Positions 40,135-52,860 of a stretch of 62,217 nucleotides of DNA are shown here, piece by piece (the stretch's first letter is position 1; the number at the start of each line of letters is the position of its first letter). Position numbers and translations under genes: made by a program. Under the pieces are notes generated by a model. It had not been told where the DNA came from, made no database searches, and worked only from the letters and a program-made list of their open reading frames with translations. This DNA comes from Chiloscyllium plagiosum (Eukaryota), in contig NC_057710.1 in assembly GCF_004010195.1 (NCBI RefSeq), positions 90,664,171-90,726,387 on the forward strand. Reading direction: 5' to 3'.

Positions 40135-40484
40135 CTGTTGTAGACAAGACATAAATTCTGATTAATTCTTTGATCTGAGATGAAACGCCTGTGATCCTCC
40201 CAGACATCTTTGATAGCATTTGGGAGAAGGACAATTATAACAGGGATAAGACTGATCACTGGCTGAAAAGCATTGACGACAGGCACAAAGTTGAGCACGG
40301 CAATGAAGATAAAATATACGTTGGCCAGTCGATGCAGCTGTTCAAAGAGATTCTTGGGAATAAAGGACCACACCGTATACTTTGTTGTCTTGATCCCATT
40401 TCCCAAATATTTTTGGTTTATGGTTTTTGTGCTCTCTCCAGTCAATAAATTAGAAGTCACAATCCTCTTAGAGCTCTCCTTCAT
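40135..40484 (-). CDS. Alternative ATP10A-like N-terminal coding exon (N-tail + TM1-TM2 in one exon) inside the ATP10D intron
   Basis: Open frame of 116 codons + 2 nt: [14 protein letters not shown]...[88 protein letters not shown]. It ends AG|GTAAAA at the same position and phase (2) as the canonical exon at 52861. Expression cannot be shown from sequence. Confidence 0.85.
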
Positions 40485-41169
40485 ATTTCATTCTTCATCT
40501 GCATTCATACAATCTTCTTCAGAATCATATTTTTCCATCTAAATATCCTCAGCCATTTAAATCTTGCTGCCCTAGTCTCCGAATGGTCAAACCCATGGCT
40601 TGGAAAACTTTGTTTGGTGAACGACAATCCTCAGAGTTACCAAGCTTGTGCTTCACTTGCTAACCATACACTTGCATTTGGCTCAACTTGCTTCCTGCAC
40701 CACCCACCTGTAAAACACCTGGTTGTACACATGCTATTTCTTTAGGAATTGTAATCACTCATGATGCTTAATACCTTAATTTCTTTGTTACTACAAACAT
40801 TGCTGCAATAGAGACAGGGCATACAGTAAACTGATATTTCATTTCACCAGTTGGAACATTCCAACAACTCCTCAGAGACAATTAACACAATAATTTGTGG
40901 ATATAGGTACACTGCATGAGCTAATTGGCCAAATCTTGCTGGAAAAATGACAGTGTGTTAATGTTGCATCACATTCTTAATGTGAAAGTTTGCCCTCAAG
41001 TTCTTCGGGGGTGGCTGCTCACAGGTAAAGGAACATCTGGCAAATAGAAGGCTTTCAAAAGCAAGATAATAACAGTTCCCGCCGGTGAGAAGGGCAAGAC
41101 TGTCAGGAGTAGGAAACACTGGGTGACTATTCTGGTCAAGAAAAGGAGGAAGCATATGTCATGCATAGC

Positions 41170-42580
41170 CAACTGGAATTAAGTGAATCCTTTGAAGAAT
41201 AAAGGGAATGTGGGAGGAAAATTAGGAGCAGAAAGATAGATTTGGTGGATAGGGTAAAGGAGAATCCAAAGATATTCTACAAGTATATTAAGGGCAAAAA
41301 CATAACTAGGGAGAGAATAGGGCACCCTAAAAATTAGCGAGGCGGACTATGCAGAGGTGAGTGTGATCTAAATAAATATTTCACATCAGTATTTACTGTG
41401 GAGAAAGACATGAAAGCTAGGGATGTCTTGTTAAGAGTCCATATTACAGAACAGGAAGTGCTAGAGGTCATAAAACAAGTAAAAGGTAAATAGATCCCTG
41501 TGTCCTAATGAAGTGTATTTTAGGACACTGTGGGAAGCTGGGGAAGAACTAGGGATCCCAGCAGGTACATCTGCATTATCGGCAGCCACAGAAAACTGGA
41601 GGGTGGCTAATGTTGTGTCATTATTGAAGAAAAGCTGCAAGGAAAAGCCAGGGAACTACACAGGGTGAGTCTAACATTAGTGGAGGGTAAGATATTGGAA
41701 GGGATTCTGAGAGACAGTATCTACATGCATTTGGAATGAATTAGGAATAATTAGAATGACTTTGTGCATGGGAAATCGTGTCTCACAAATTTGATAAGAG
41801 TTCTTTTTGAAGAGGTGACCAAGAAGGTAGAACAAACCTTGCCTCTCCAAGTTGAGATAAATTTTGTCCAATAGTTTCCCTACCACTGATGCAAAACTCA
41901 TTGGTCTCTAATTCTCTGGTCGATCTCTACCATGCTTCTTGAAAAGAGGAACCACACTAGCTGTCCTCCAGTTTTCTGGTAGATCTCCTATGACCAGAAC
42001 GTAATGAAAAATTTAGGTCAGAGCTCTCAATTTCTTCCCTCGTCTCCCACAGCAGCCTGGGATACAACTCATCAAGATCTGGGGATTTGTCCACTTTCAA
42101 GCCTGCCAAAACCTCTATAACCACCATGTTCCCTATGTAAGGCTGTTCACGGACCCTCTTTACAAATTCTGTATTTATATCCTCCTCCTCCAAATGATGA
42201 CAAAATTGAAGTACTCATTTCACACCCAACCAATGTCCTCTAGCTTCATGCACGGATTACTCTTGGATTCCAAATGGGCCCTATTCTTTCCCTGCTTATT
42301 CTCATCCCCTTGATAATTTATAGAATATCTTGGGATTCTCCCTAGTATTACCCACCAGTATCTTTCCATGCCCTCTTTGGGCCCTCCTAATTGTTTTCTT
42401 AAGCTCCTTAATTTACTTTCTGGACTTAATTAGACCCTCTGTTGATTTGCTCACTTTGTATCTGTTAAAAGCCTCCCTTTTCTATCTTATCCAGTCTTGA
42501 ATATTTATGGTCATCAAAAGTTCTCTGAGCTTTTTGCTCCTACATTTCACCTTAAAGGGAATATATTGGACCTGTACTCT
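41170..42580. mobile_element. Two CR1 ORF2 fragments tail-to-tail (+ ~41170-41830, - ~41830-42580)
   Basis: Both encode the ENPKIFYK.....SP..D..YPR.L.E...VxGKxLE region, in opposite orientations. Confidence 0.8.
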
Positions 42581-44224
42581 TACCAATACAGCAGGTGGTG
42601 TGGAATTCAGCATTGACTAACACACCTGTCTCTCCAGTGATTATCTACTATCTACAAGGTAGGAATGTGATAAAATGCTCCCCATTTGCTCGAATGGGTG
42701 CAGCTCCACCAATATTCAACGAACTAGACACCATCCATGACAAAGTAGCTAACTTGACTAGCATGCCATCCATCATCTGCAACATTCACTTCCTTCACCA
42801 CCAAACCAATGACCTCTCTCTCACTTAGATTAACAAGGGTATCAGGGTATCAGATGCAAGGGAACATCATTAAGTTCCCATCCAGGTTGCCCATCAACCA
42901 CATTTGTATCACACTCTCTTCCTAATATCAGTGTGGACGTAGCTACATCCCAAGGATGGCAGGAGTTCAGAAAGACATTCACCAGCATCTTATCCAAGGC
43001 AATGGACACTGGCATCCATTAACAAATATAAAATAATTAGACACTCACTCCTTAAGATAACAAACTATTCTTGTAATTTTTCACTTTTGTTTTCTGTCAC
43101 TTTTTCTCTCTTTGGTTCTCTTTCTGTACCTGATTTGATAATGAATTTACTCATGCTATCTATTTTTCTCCTCACAGTAATTTCTGCTTTTTTTTCAATC
43201 TTTATAAATGATTAGTTAGGGAACTGTACTGCTGGTTGTATCATTCACCAAGGTCTCATTCACCATTATCCCCACTGTCCTGTTATCAGCTTGCACTTCC
43301 AGAAATTGAAAGGGCAAACAATTTTGGAGCTATACGGTCCAGTTAGAAGTCTAACAAAGCGCAATTTGTGAGACGTCTCACTTTAGCTGTTGTGATCAAC
43401 CAATTTAAAGAGGACATGATTGTCATGTTAGGTTATCAGGCTGAGCCAGTTCAATTGTAAAGAGACCAAAGTAAGCAATTTAACTTGCTTACCGAAAAGG
43501 TTATACATTTAATTTTAAGTTGGACGCGTTATAAGTAGTAGTTGATCTGAAATCCACATGGCTATTTTTGATGGAATAGGATATATTAAAACAAACTGTA
43601 ACACTTTGGGCAATTTTCGAAACAACAAAGAAATAAAATTGACAAGAGTTAGCGGTTATGTCATTGTTAAGTATACTTTATGGGATACAGTTACAACATG
43701 GTAGAATTTCAAACTCGGTCTGAAACAGAGAAACTACACGATCAACCCAGTGTCTGCAATTTAAATAAGGCCAATTCCAGATGCACAAATAAAGTGTTTC
43801 CAAAAGCAGATTTGGAAAATAGACTAAGGAGAATGAGCAGCGGCAGACGTTTAAGCGAATATTACATAAAGCTAAGCAAAGATTTATTCTGGTTAAAAAG
43901 AAGAATTTGATGAAAAGAATGAAATACTCATGTTAAAGGTAGTCAAGGACAGCATCCAATCAGAATCTAAGGCCAGGGGATTAGGATTTTTTTTCAAAGA
44001 ACTGACAGTAGATGACTAAAGAACTAATTACGAGTTATTTCAAAGTAAATTGGCAAGAAACAGCAAGAGCTTCTATGGGTGTATAAAGGGAAAGAAAAAA
44101 TAAGTGCAAGACTGGATACAACTGAAATTAATAACTGGGTATAGAGAAATGGTAGATAATTGAAACTAATATTTTGCAATGGTTTTCACTGCAAACATCC
44201 CTAAAGTTTCAAATGTCGCAAAAT

Positions 44225-47200
44225 GTTCAGCACCATTTGTGACTCCTCAGATACTGCAAAGCAGTCCATGTTCAAATGCAACAAAATCTGGACAATCTCA
44301 GGCTTGGAATGACAAGTGACAAGTAATATTCATGCAACAAAAATGCCAGACAATTCCCATCTCCAATAAGAGATGATTTAATCATTTGACATTCAATGGT
44401 ATTATCTTCACTGAATTCCCCCTTGATTAACATCCTGGGGGTTACCAGGAAAACTAAACTGGACTAACCACATAAATAGTGGCGACAAGAGCAGGTCAAA
44501 AGTTAGGAATACTCTGGTGAGTAACTTATCTCCTAATTCTCAAAGCCTATCCACCATCTACAAAGCACAAGTCATGAGTATTTGGAAGGATACATAAATA
44601 GGAATAGGCCCAAAAATGCCACCCAGAGTGCCACCCGTGAACAGCTGTACTTCGGGCACGAATGTCTAAGAAAACAGGTACTACGTAAAAGTCTTAAATA
44701 CAAGCCTCCCCTTAACACCCCGCTAGCTAAAGCAAAAGCAGCAAAATGGCCACAGAATGCTTAGAGAAATGCCCACAACAGACTCCGTAAACACAACCGG
44801 GAAATTCTGCACCAAAAATAGTTACTCACGCATGCAACAGACCATGAACGGACAGACACAGAACAACAAGCCATTGATATTAGACAGAGACAAACACAGA
44901 AACTAGACAAACTTACACAAAGTAACAACACTGACAACACAAAGCATGGTTAAAAAAACTTACCTGAGCGACCCTTAACAGACACTGAAAAAGCCGTCTT
45001 AGTAAGAGGATTAAATTACAACTACCAGATGTGGACAAGAAAGATTTCTTAGCAGCATTGGAAACAACACTAAAAGACAACCAACTCACAGAAGAAACCC
45101 AGCAAGCCATCAGACAGATAGTCACACCAACATTAAGCAGAAAAAATGAAGGAAACACACTCAATACACAAGAAAGGAAAGTCCTAGAAAGACTAAAAAA
45201 AAAGATAAAAACATTGTCATCCTACCTGCAGACAAAGGACACTTGACAGTCATTCTAAATCGAAGACACTACATTGAAAAAGTGAACGCATTACTTACAC
45301 AGACCAACAAGTGGTGATAGACTCAACCCCACAACTAGAGAACCAAATCACAGCCTTACTCAAAAAACTTCAGAAATCTGGAGAAATAGATAAGACCGAC
45401 TTCCAAAAAAATGAAACCAGACAGATCCAATACACCATGGTTCTACAGGTTACCGAAAATTCACAAACCAGGAGCCCCCCTCCAACCCACAGTCTCGTTA
45501 CCTGGAACACCAACTTACAGATTAGCCAAGGAGTTACACCAAAGACTAAAACACTTAGTAGAAGACTCACGCCACTCCATCCACTCCACCCAAGAATTCC
45601 TGAAGACCAAAGACACTAAGATAGATAAAGCCCTGTTTACATCAATCAACATTAACCTGGTCAAGGAAACACTGACTACACTATTAGAAGACCCAAAGAC
45701 AATTACACCAAATACCACTAACTTCATCAGCAAGGACAGTATCGTTAAGCTACTGGACCTGTGCCTTACCACACATTTCACCTTCAACAACAAAACCTAC
45801 AGACAAACCAACGGAACACCCATGGGATCTCCGATATCAGGGTTCTTAGCAGAGGCAATAATGCAGAGACTCGAACAACCATCCAACCCAAGCTTTGGGT
45901 CCGCTACGTGGATGACACCTTTGTCATCACAAAACAAAACAAATTAGAGGAAACCTTCAAGACTATCAATAATACCTTTATTGGCATAAAATTTACTAAA
46001 GAGGAGGAAAACAACAACAAACTGCCAATCCTAGATGTCACAGTAGAGCGAACAGCCAATGGGGAACTTCAAACCAGTGTCTGCAGGAAAACAACACATA
46101 TGGATTAAATATCGAACTACAGAAGCAATCATCCCAACAACCACAAACAAAGCTACATCAGAACATTATTTCAATGAGCCAACACACACTGCAGCACAGA
46201 GGAGCTATGCAGAGCAGAGGAAAAGCACCTATACAGTGTATTAAACAAGAATGGGTACCCAATAAGCATAGTCCGTCGAATTCTCAGCAACAAACCCAAA
46301 CAAGCAGACAAAACACGTCCAGAAACCCTAGCCACTGTCCCCTACATCAAAGACATCTCGGAAATGACTGCCAGACTACTCAGATCTCTTGGCATCATAG
46401 TAGCCCACAAACCCACCAACATACTAAAACAGCAACCTACGAACTTGAAAGACCCTATACAGACAACAAGCAATCTAATGTCATTTACAAAATACTTTGC
46501 AAGAACTGTAACAAACACTACATTGGACAAACAGGCAGAAAACTAGCCACAACACGATATGACCCTCTCCCACTAGTATCCTTACATACAGATAAGAAAG
46601 GACACCACTTCGACTGGGACAACACATCCATCCTAGGAAAAGCCAAACAGAGAGACACACGAGAATTCCTAGAAGCATGGCATTCCAACTGGAACTCTAT
46701 CAACAAACGCATCGAGTTAGATCCCTCTACCACCCCTGGAGAAAAAGAACAGGAAATGACATCACCAACCCAAAGAAACTCAAACATATAAATAGAAAGC
46801 AGAAATCACGTACACTGCTTCGCCTGAGGTCCACTGAAGATGTTACCTAGTATGGTGATGAAACATCTGGAAATGAACCTCCCAGCTCAGCAAGCAAACT
46901 TACATCCATGAATAGGAAAGATTTGGAGGGACATGGGCCTGGAACAGGCAGGCGAGACTAGTTTAGTTTGGGATTATGTTCGGCATGGCCTGGTTGGACT
47001 GAAGGGTCTGTTTCGTGCTGTATGACTCTATTGCTCTATGATGGAGCAGTCCCGTTTGCCTGGATTGGTGCAGCTCCGATAACACTCAAGAAGCTTGACA
47101 ACATCCAAAACAAAGCAGCCCATTTGTTTAACCACACACCCACAAGCATCTGCTCCTTTCACCAACAATGCTCAATAGCAGCAGTGTGTACAATATACAA

Positions 47201-47510
47201 GATCAACTGCAGAAATTCAATGATCCTTAGACAACACCTTGCAAAACCACGACTACTTCAATCTAGAAGGACAAGTGCAGCGGGTATACTGGAAAACTAC
47301 TACCTGCAAATTCTCCTCCAAGCTACTTAACATCTTGACTTAGAAATATATCAGCATTCCTTCACAGTTGCTGGGTCAAAATCCTGGAATTCCCTCCCAA
47401 AGGGCATTGTGGGTGAACCTACATGCAGCAGGTGGGCTGTAGCAGTTCAAGAGGGCAGCTCACCACCACATTCTCAAGGGTAACTAGGGACAGGCAATAA
47501 ATGCAGACTT
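44225..47510 (+). mobile_element. CR1/L2-clade LINE 3' part split by nested insertions (44225-44580 and 47037-47510; related copy ~42650-43020)
   Basis: ...YKAQV|...PFAWIGAAPITLKKLDNIQNKAAHL. 3' tail CAAGGGTAACTAGGGACAGGCAATAAATG is shared with the SacSINE1-like SINE. Confidence 0.75.
44605..46906 (+). mobile_element. Near full-length Penelope-like element (RT + GIY-YIG), frameshifted
   Basis: PADKG, YRLPKIHKP..PLQPTVS, LFTSI, GTPMGSPISGFLAE, WVRYVDD, NVIYKILCKNCNKHYIGQTGR. Terminal hammerhead-like motif at 46831-46870. TSD-like CAT(A/G)AATAGGAA at 44593-44604 and 46907-46918. Confidence 0.95.
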
Positions 47511-49320
47511 AATGGCTAGCATCCAAGTGTTTTAAAAGGAGCTAACAGCAGAGATAATGGAGGCATTGATTGAAATATTCCCAAACTCAGAATTCTGGGA
47601 GGGTTCCAGCAAATTGGAAAACCAGTAAAGTGATACCTCTGTTCAACAAGGAAGGAGACAAAAAGCAGGAAACTACAGGCAAGTATACCTTATCTGTTGT
47701 TGGGAAAATGCTAGAATCAGTTACTAAGGAAGAAAAAGCAGGATATTCGTAAAGCTAAATGCAATTAGAGAGAGTTAAATTTTTGTTTTTGCAAGGAAAA
47801 TCATGTTTGTCAAATTTGCTAGAGTTCTTTGAGGATAATAACAAGCAGAATTAATAAAGACAAACGTCAACGTAGTGTAGTTGGATTTCTCTAAGGTGCT
47901 ACAGAAAGGTTAATGCAGAAGATGGGTGTAACAGAGGGTTAATGTCTTGGCATGGATTGTAGATTGGTTAACACATAGAAGACAGAATCAGGGTTAATAA
48001 GTCTTTTACAGTTTGGAAAAATACAACTAGAGGAGTGCCACAAGGATCAATGCAAAGGCCTTAATTTTTACTAGTTATATTAATGACTTAGAAAAGGACG
48101 GGGTGTAATGTATCAAAGTTTGCTGATAATACAAAATAGGTGGGAGGGCATATTGTGATGAGAGCCTAAGGAATTGGCAAGAGTATACAGATAGGTTAAT
48201 TGAGTAGACAAAAACACACAAATATACACTCTCTCTCACTCAACCCCCCAACCCAGACAGACAGACACACACACAAAGACCCACATGCACACATATACAT
48301 ATATGTTTGTGGGGTGAATTTTGACTTGCAGAGTTACATTGTACTTTGCTCAAAAACTGCATGAATTCATGTAAACTGTTATCTCACTTTTTAGTTTACG
48401 ATCAGTCTAAACATTATAGCAAAGACAAAGAACATAGGGGGCTAAGACCTTCAATGCATTGTCTAGCTAACACCAATTGTTACGGTTAACCTGAGAATTC
48501 AACTTTTAAAAAAAAGTTGTGTGATTTACATATGAAAGAAATGGAACTATCATAGCATTCTAACAGATGAAAGCCTCAACAAACAATTAAGGTATTATTC
48601 AATGTATAATTTCAGTTACATCACACTGTAAACTTTTTGCTATAAATTCTGTGTCTGACAATTGTGTCCTCCACAACCACCTGATGAAGGAGTGGCGCTC
48701 CAAAAGCTACTGTGCTTCCAATAAAACCTGTTTGACTATAACCTGGTGTTGTGTGATTTTTAACTTTGTGCACCCCAGTCCAACACCAGCATCTCCAAGT
48801 CTTGAGCCAGATTGTGTGCTTGCCATGATGTGGAGGTGCCAGTGTTGAATTCTGGGTTCCGAGGAAGGGTCACTTGACCCAAAATGTTAACTCTGATTTT
48901 TCTCCACAGATGCTGCCAGACCTGCTGAGGTTTTACAGCAATTTCTTTTTTTGTTCATGGCTAAATAGGTCTTTGTTCATTAGAATTTAGAAAAATGAGG
49001 AGTGACCTTATTGAAACATACAAGATTCTGAGGGGACTTGACAGGGTAGAATAGGAATTTTGATTTAGGGGTTACAATTACAGAATAAGGAGGCACTAAT
49101 TTAGAAAGGAGATACAAAGGAATTTCTTCTGCAAGAGGGTAAAGAATTAATGCAATTCTGTACCCCAGACAGTTATGGAGATAGATCACTGAAAGTATAT
49201 AAAGAGGGGGGGTAAATGGTTTCTTTGAATTGTGATCTATGATGAGCTTTCATGAAAAAGGATTAAGCACCAGGGCAGATCAGCCATGATCTTTTTGAAT
49301 GGTGAGGCAGGCTTGAGGGG
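47511..49320 (+). mobile_element. Old CR1 RT region interrupted by PLE pieces (48215-48955)
   Basis: SGRVPANWK..VIPLFNK, SVVGKMLE, GVPQGS, SKFADNTK remnants, then a CR1 C-terminus from ~48955. Confidence 0.75.
48215..48830 (+). mobile_element. PLE 3' UTR fragment with CA-rich tract and degenerate hammerhead (48677-48712)
   Basis: CCAC-CTGATGA-A-GGAGT-GGC-GCTCC-AAAA-GCTA. Same family as 25490-25605. Confidence 0.7.
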
Positions 49321-49324
49321 CCTT

Positions 49325-50316
49325 CTTCCACGATCGCAACTTCCCTTCCCACATGGTTGGCGATACCCTCCAGCACATCTCTTTCATTTCACTTCACCGC
49401 CCTTGAACACCACCCTTCCCAACGCAACAAAGACAGAACCTCCTCAGTTCTCACCTTCCATCCCACCAACCTCCACATATATCGCATCATCCTCTGCCAC
49501 TTCCATCACCTCCAAACGGACCCCACCACGAGATATATTTCCCTCCCCACCCCTATCAGTGTTCCGAAAAGACCATTCCCTCTGCAACTCCCACATCAGG
49601 TCCACACCCCCCCACCAGCCCATACCTGGCACCTTTCCCTGCCACCTCAGGAAGTGCAAAATCTGCGCCCACACCACTCCTCTCACCTCCATCCAAGGCC
49701 CCAAGGGATCCTTCCACATCCATTAGAAATTCACCTGCAAGTCTCCCAATGTCATCTATTCCATCCGTTGCACCGTGATCTCCTCTACATCGGGGAGATA
49801 GGACGCCTTCATGCAGATCATTTCAGAGAACATCTCTGGGACACCTGCACCCACCAACTCCACCGCCCCGTGGCTGAACACTTCAACTCCCCCTACCACT
49901 CTGTCAAGGACATGCAGACCCTGTGCCTCCTCCACCGCCAAACTTTTACCATCAGACGCCTGGAGGAGGAACGCCTCATATTCCGCCTTGGGACCCTGCA
50001 ACCACACGGGATAAATGTGGATTCCAACAGCTTCCTCATTTCCTCTCCCCCCACATTATCCCAGTCACAAGCCTCCAATTTGGCACTGCCCTCCGGACGC
50101 ATCCATCACTGTCCCCTCTGACCTATCATCTCCCCCCAACCCCATCCCCCTCCCATTTATCTCTCAGTCCCAACCCTCAAGCCTCATTCCTGATGAAGGG
50201 CTTATGCCCGAAATGTCGATTCTCCTGCTCCTCAGATGCTGCCTGACTGGCTGTGCTTTTCCAGCACCACACTCTCGACTCTGATCTCCAGCATCTGCAG
50301 TCCTCACTTTCTCCTC
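49325..50316 (+). mobile_element. PLE 3' part (Neptune-like: Cys/His linker + GIY-YIG) ending in a hammerhead tail
   Basis: PC...CKICAH, FTCKSPNVIYSIRC, LYIGEIGR..FREHL, PVAEHFN. CTGATGAAGGGCTTATGCCCGAAATGTC at 50190-50217. Confidence 0.9.
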
Positions 50317-52860
50317 TTTGAGGGGCCGAAAAGCCTACTTTGCTCTTATTTCTTATGTTCTAAGAAGACAGTGAGTGAAATGCATGCACCTAATGACTGG
50401 AATTCAGTTAAATCCTCTTCAACATGAAACAGTCTCTCTATGGGACTGATGGTTTCAGGGTCATCTATGCTGAGATTTTCAATTCCAGGTTTACAAACTG
50501 AATTTAAGTTTCACCAGCTACCTTGGTAGGATGTGAACCAATGTCACCAAAGCATTAGCCTCGGTCTGCAGTTTACTATTCCAGTGAAATGATCACTATG
50601 CTATTATCTTCGCTTAATTTTGGAAGCTTGAAAGAGAATTAAATGCAATGTTATGCACCTTAATTATTTTCAAATGACTAAGGTAACAAGGGCTGAATGC
50701 CTATTCACACAGGTACTAACTTGTATGTAGCTCTTATCAGAGTCTGTTAATGAACCTAATTTATTTTGTATATTTTGCATTTTAATTTCTAATTTGAATT
50801 CAACCCAATCATTTTTGAAAGATACAGGTCAGTCCAAAGTGATAGAAAGTTATTGGGCAAGGAGGGGTGTTGAAGAGACAACTCTGCAGCTACTGGAAGT
50901 ATGATAGCTGCCAGCAGAAAGAAGGAATTTTCTTCAACCGAGAGCTATTTACTATCTCTTTCACAGACACTGCTGGATTAACATATTGAACAACTGGTTT
51001 GGACCCTACACAATTGGAGTAAAAAATACACATTGTTTACTGGCAATCACTTCTGATAAATTCCATTAGAACCATTGCAAATTACACAGCATTTGTCCAG
51101 GCAAGATTAATATATAGTGAACATAGTTTACAATGCCACTTGATCTCAGGTGTGCATTATTCTTAAACAATAAAAATAAGCCACAACGGTACAAGTTTAG
51201 CACCAGCTCTTTCTTAATCAATGAGAAAATTGTCAGGTTTAATATATAGCATCTCAATATTTTTAACATAAGCAAAATGAAACAATTAAAATTTCAATTT
51301 TGACATAAAGTGAACCACAAACCTTCCAAGATAAAATATTTTGAAATGTATTTTGATGAACACTGATGAATACTAATAATCCAGTGCATGCAAAACTACT
51401 AGCATACTTTCTACACTGTCTTGTAGTAGTCAATGGCAGACTTCCGTTAGCCCTTCTACAGACTGGAATAGATGTTGCTGTGGTTATTTAAGTAAAAGTA
51501 ACAAGGTTATTAACTGAAAATAGATACAAAATGACTAAAAATGGCATTTAGGCCAGGATAAAAAGATACTTATAAAGATATAGGAAGATCAATCTCTAAA
51601 ATGATTGCAGGTCTGTTACTTCTTGGTATTCCTCTATCTGAAATGAAGAGATTGAAACTTAAAGTTAGATTTAGCGAATGTGTTCTATATTCTGTGTTTC
51701 TAATAAGTTAACTGGAAATACAAGGAATCCAAAAGCAAATCTCCAAGGAGAGATAAAATAAAACTTTCATTCCTCTCTGTTTCAGTTATTAATCAGTGTT
51801 TTTTTTAAGAAACAGGTGTGCATTTTTAAACCTCTGCTGGAGTACAAGCCATGTAAAAGTTACCAACAGCAGCCTTTTGTGTGGGATAACCACTTGAATT
51901 ATTTGTTCATACACTCACTCCCAAAAACCCAAATGCAACATCACACACCATTAATTTAAGAAAGATACAATGAAAGACACTGTACAATTGAATAGTTAAC
52001 AGTTCATGAATCTTGAGAGCCTAGTGAAAGAGGAAACTTTTTCCCCTCTGGAATTGTAGTGCAGATAGCCTCAGATGGCTGGGATCAGATCCAAAGTAAC
52101 ATTTTCTTAAAATTCATTATACGTGGGTGTCGCTGGCTAGGCCAGCACTAATTGCCAATTCCTCACTGCTGTTAAAAGTCAACAACATTACTGTGGGCCT
52201 AAAGGCCAGCTAAAGGATGAGTTTTCTTCTCCACAGCACATTAGTGAATCAATAGGTTTTTCTGACAATTGACAACGGTTTCAGTCACCACTAGACACTT
52301 AATTTCAGATTTTTATTGCATTCAAATTCTACCATCTGTTTTGAAGGGATTCTATTTTTCTTTCTAATGTGATTAATTATTCACTTCAGGAATTTAAAAA
52401 TAAAACTCATTTCGATGCTTGTAAACAAAACTTTGGACAATCCAACACCACGCTCAGAACTCAAAAATGAAACCAAAACTATTTCTTCTCTTTAAACAGA
52501 TTATAGAATTACAAATTAAATATACTGCTATGCATGATTCTGTCCACTTTAGAAACCGAAGTTTCCAAATAATAACTATATATCATGAACCTTCATCACA
52601 TTGTCTTGAAGGTCAAAAATGATCTTAAGAAACCACAAAGCTTTGAAGTATGAATCGACTTGCACTGTAACAGGAAGCTCACAGATTCAAAGGAGGGAGT
52701 AATCCTGAGTATATAAATTTCAAAATTTAAAATTACTGGTTAGTAAGCATTTGATAAATAAATTCCATGACCTTTAAAAAGAACACACATAAACATTACT
52801 TGAAAGAATAATGACACTTTTCCTAAATTGTTGCGAAGAAAGGGGAATGTGCAGACTTAC

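Noticed and set aside
40135-40484. Separate nested ATP10A gene or processed pseudogene
   Set aside because: Only one set of downstream exons exists in the window. The segment stops exactly at a GT donor with no following exon sequence or polyA, and the frame is intact.
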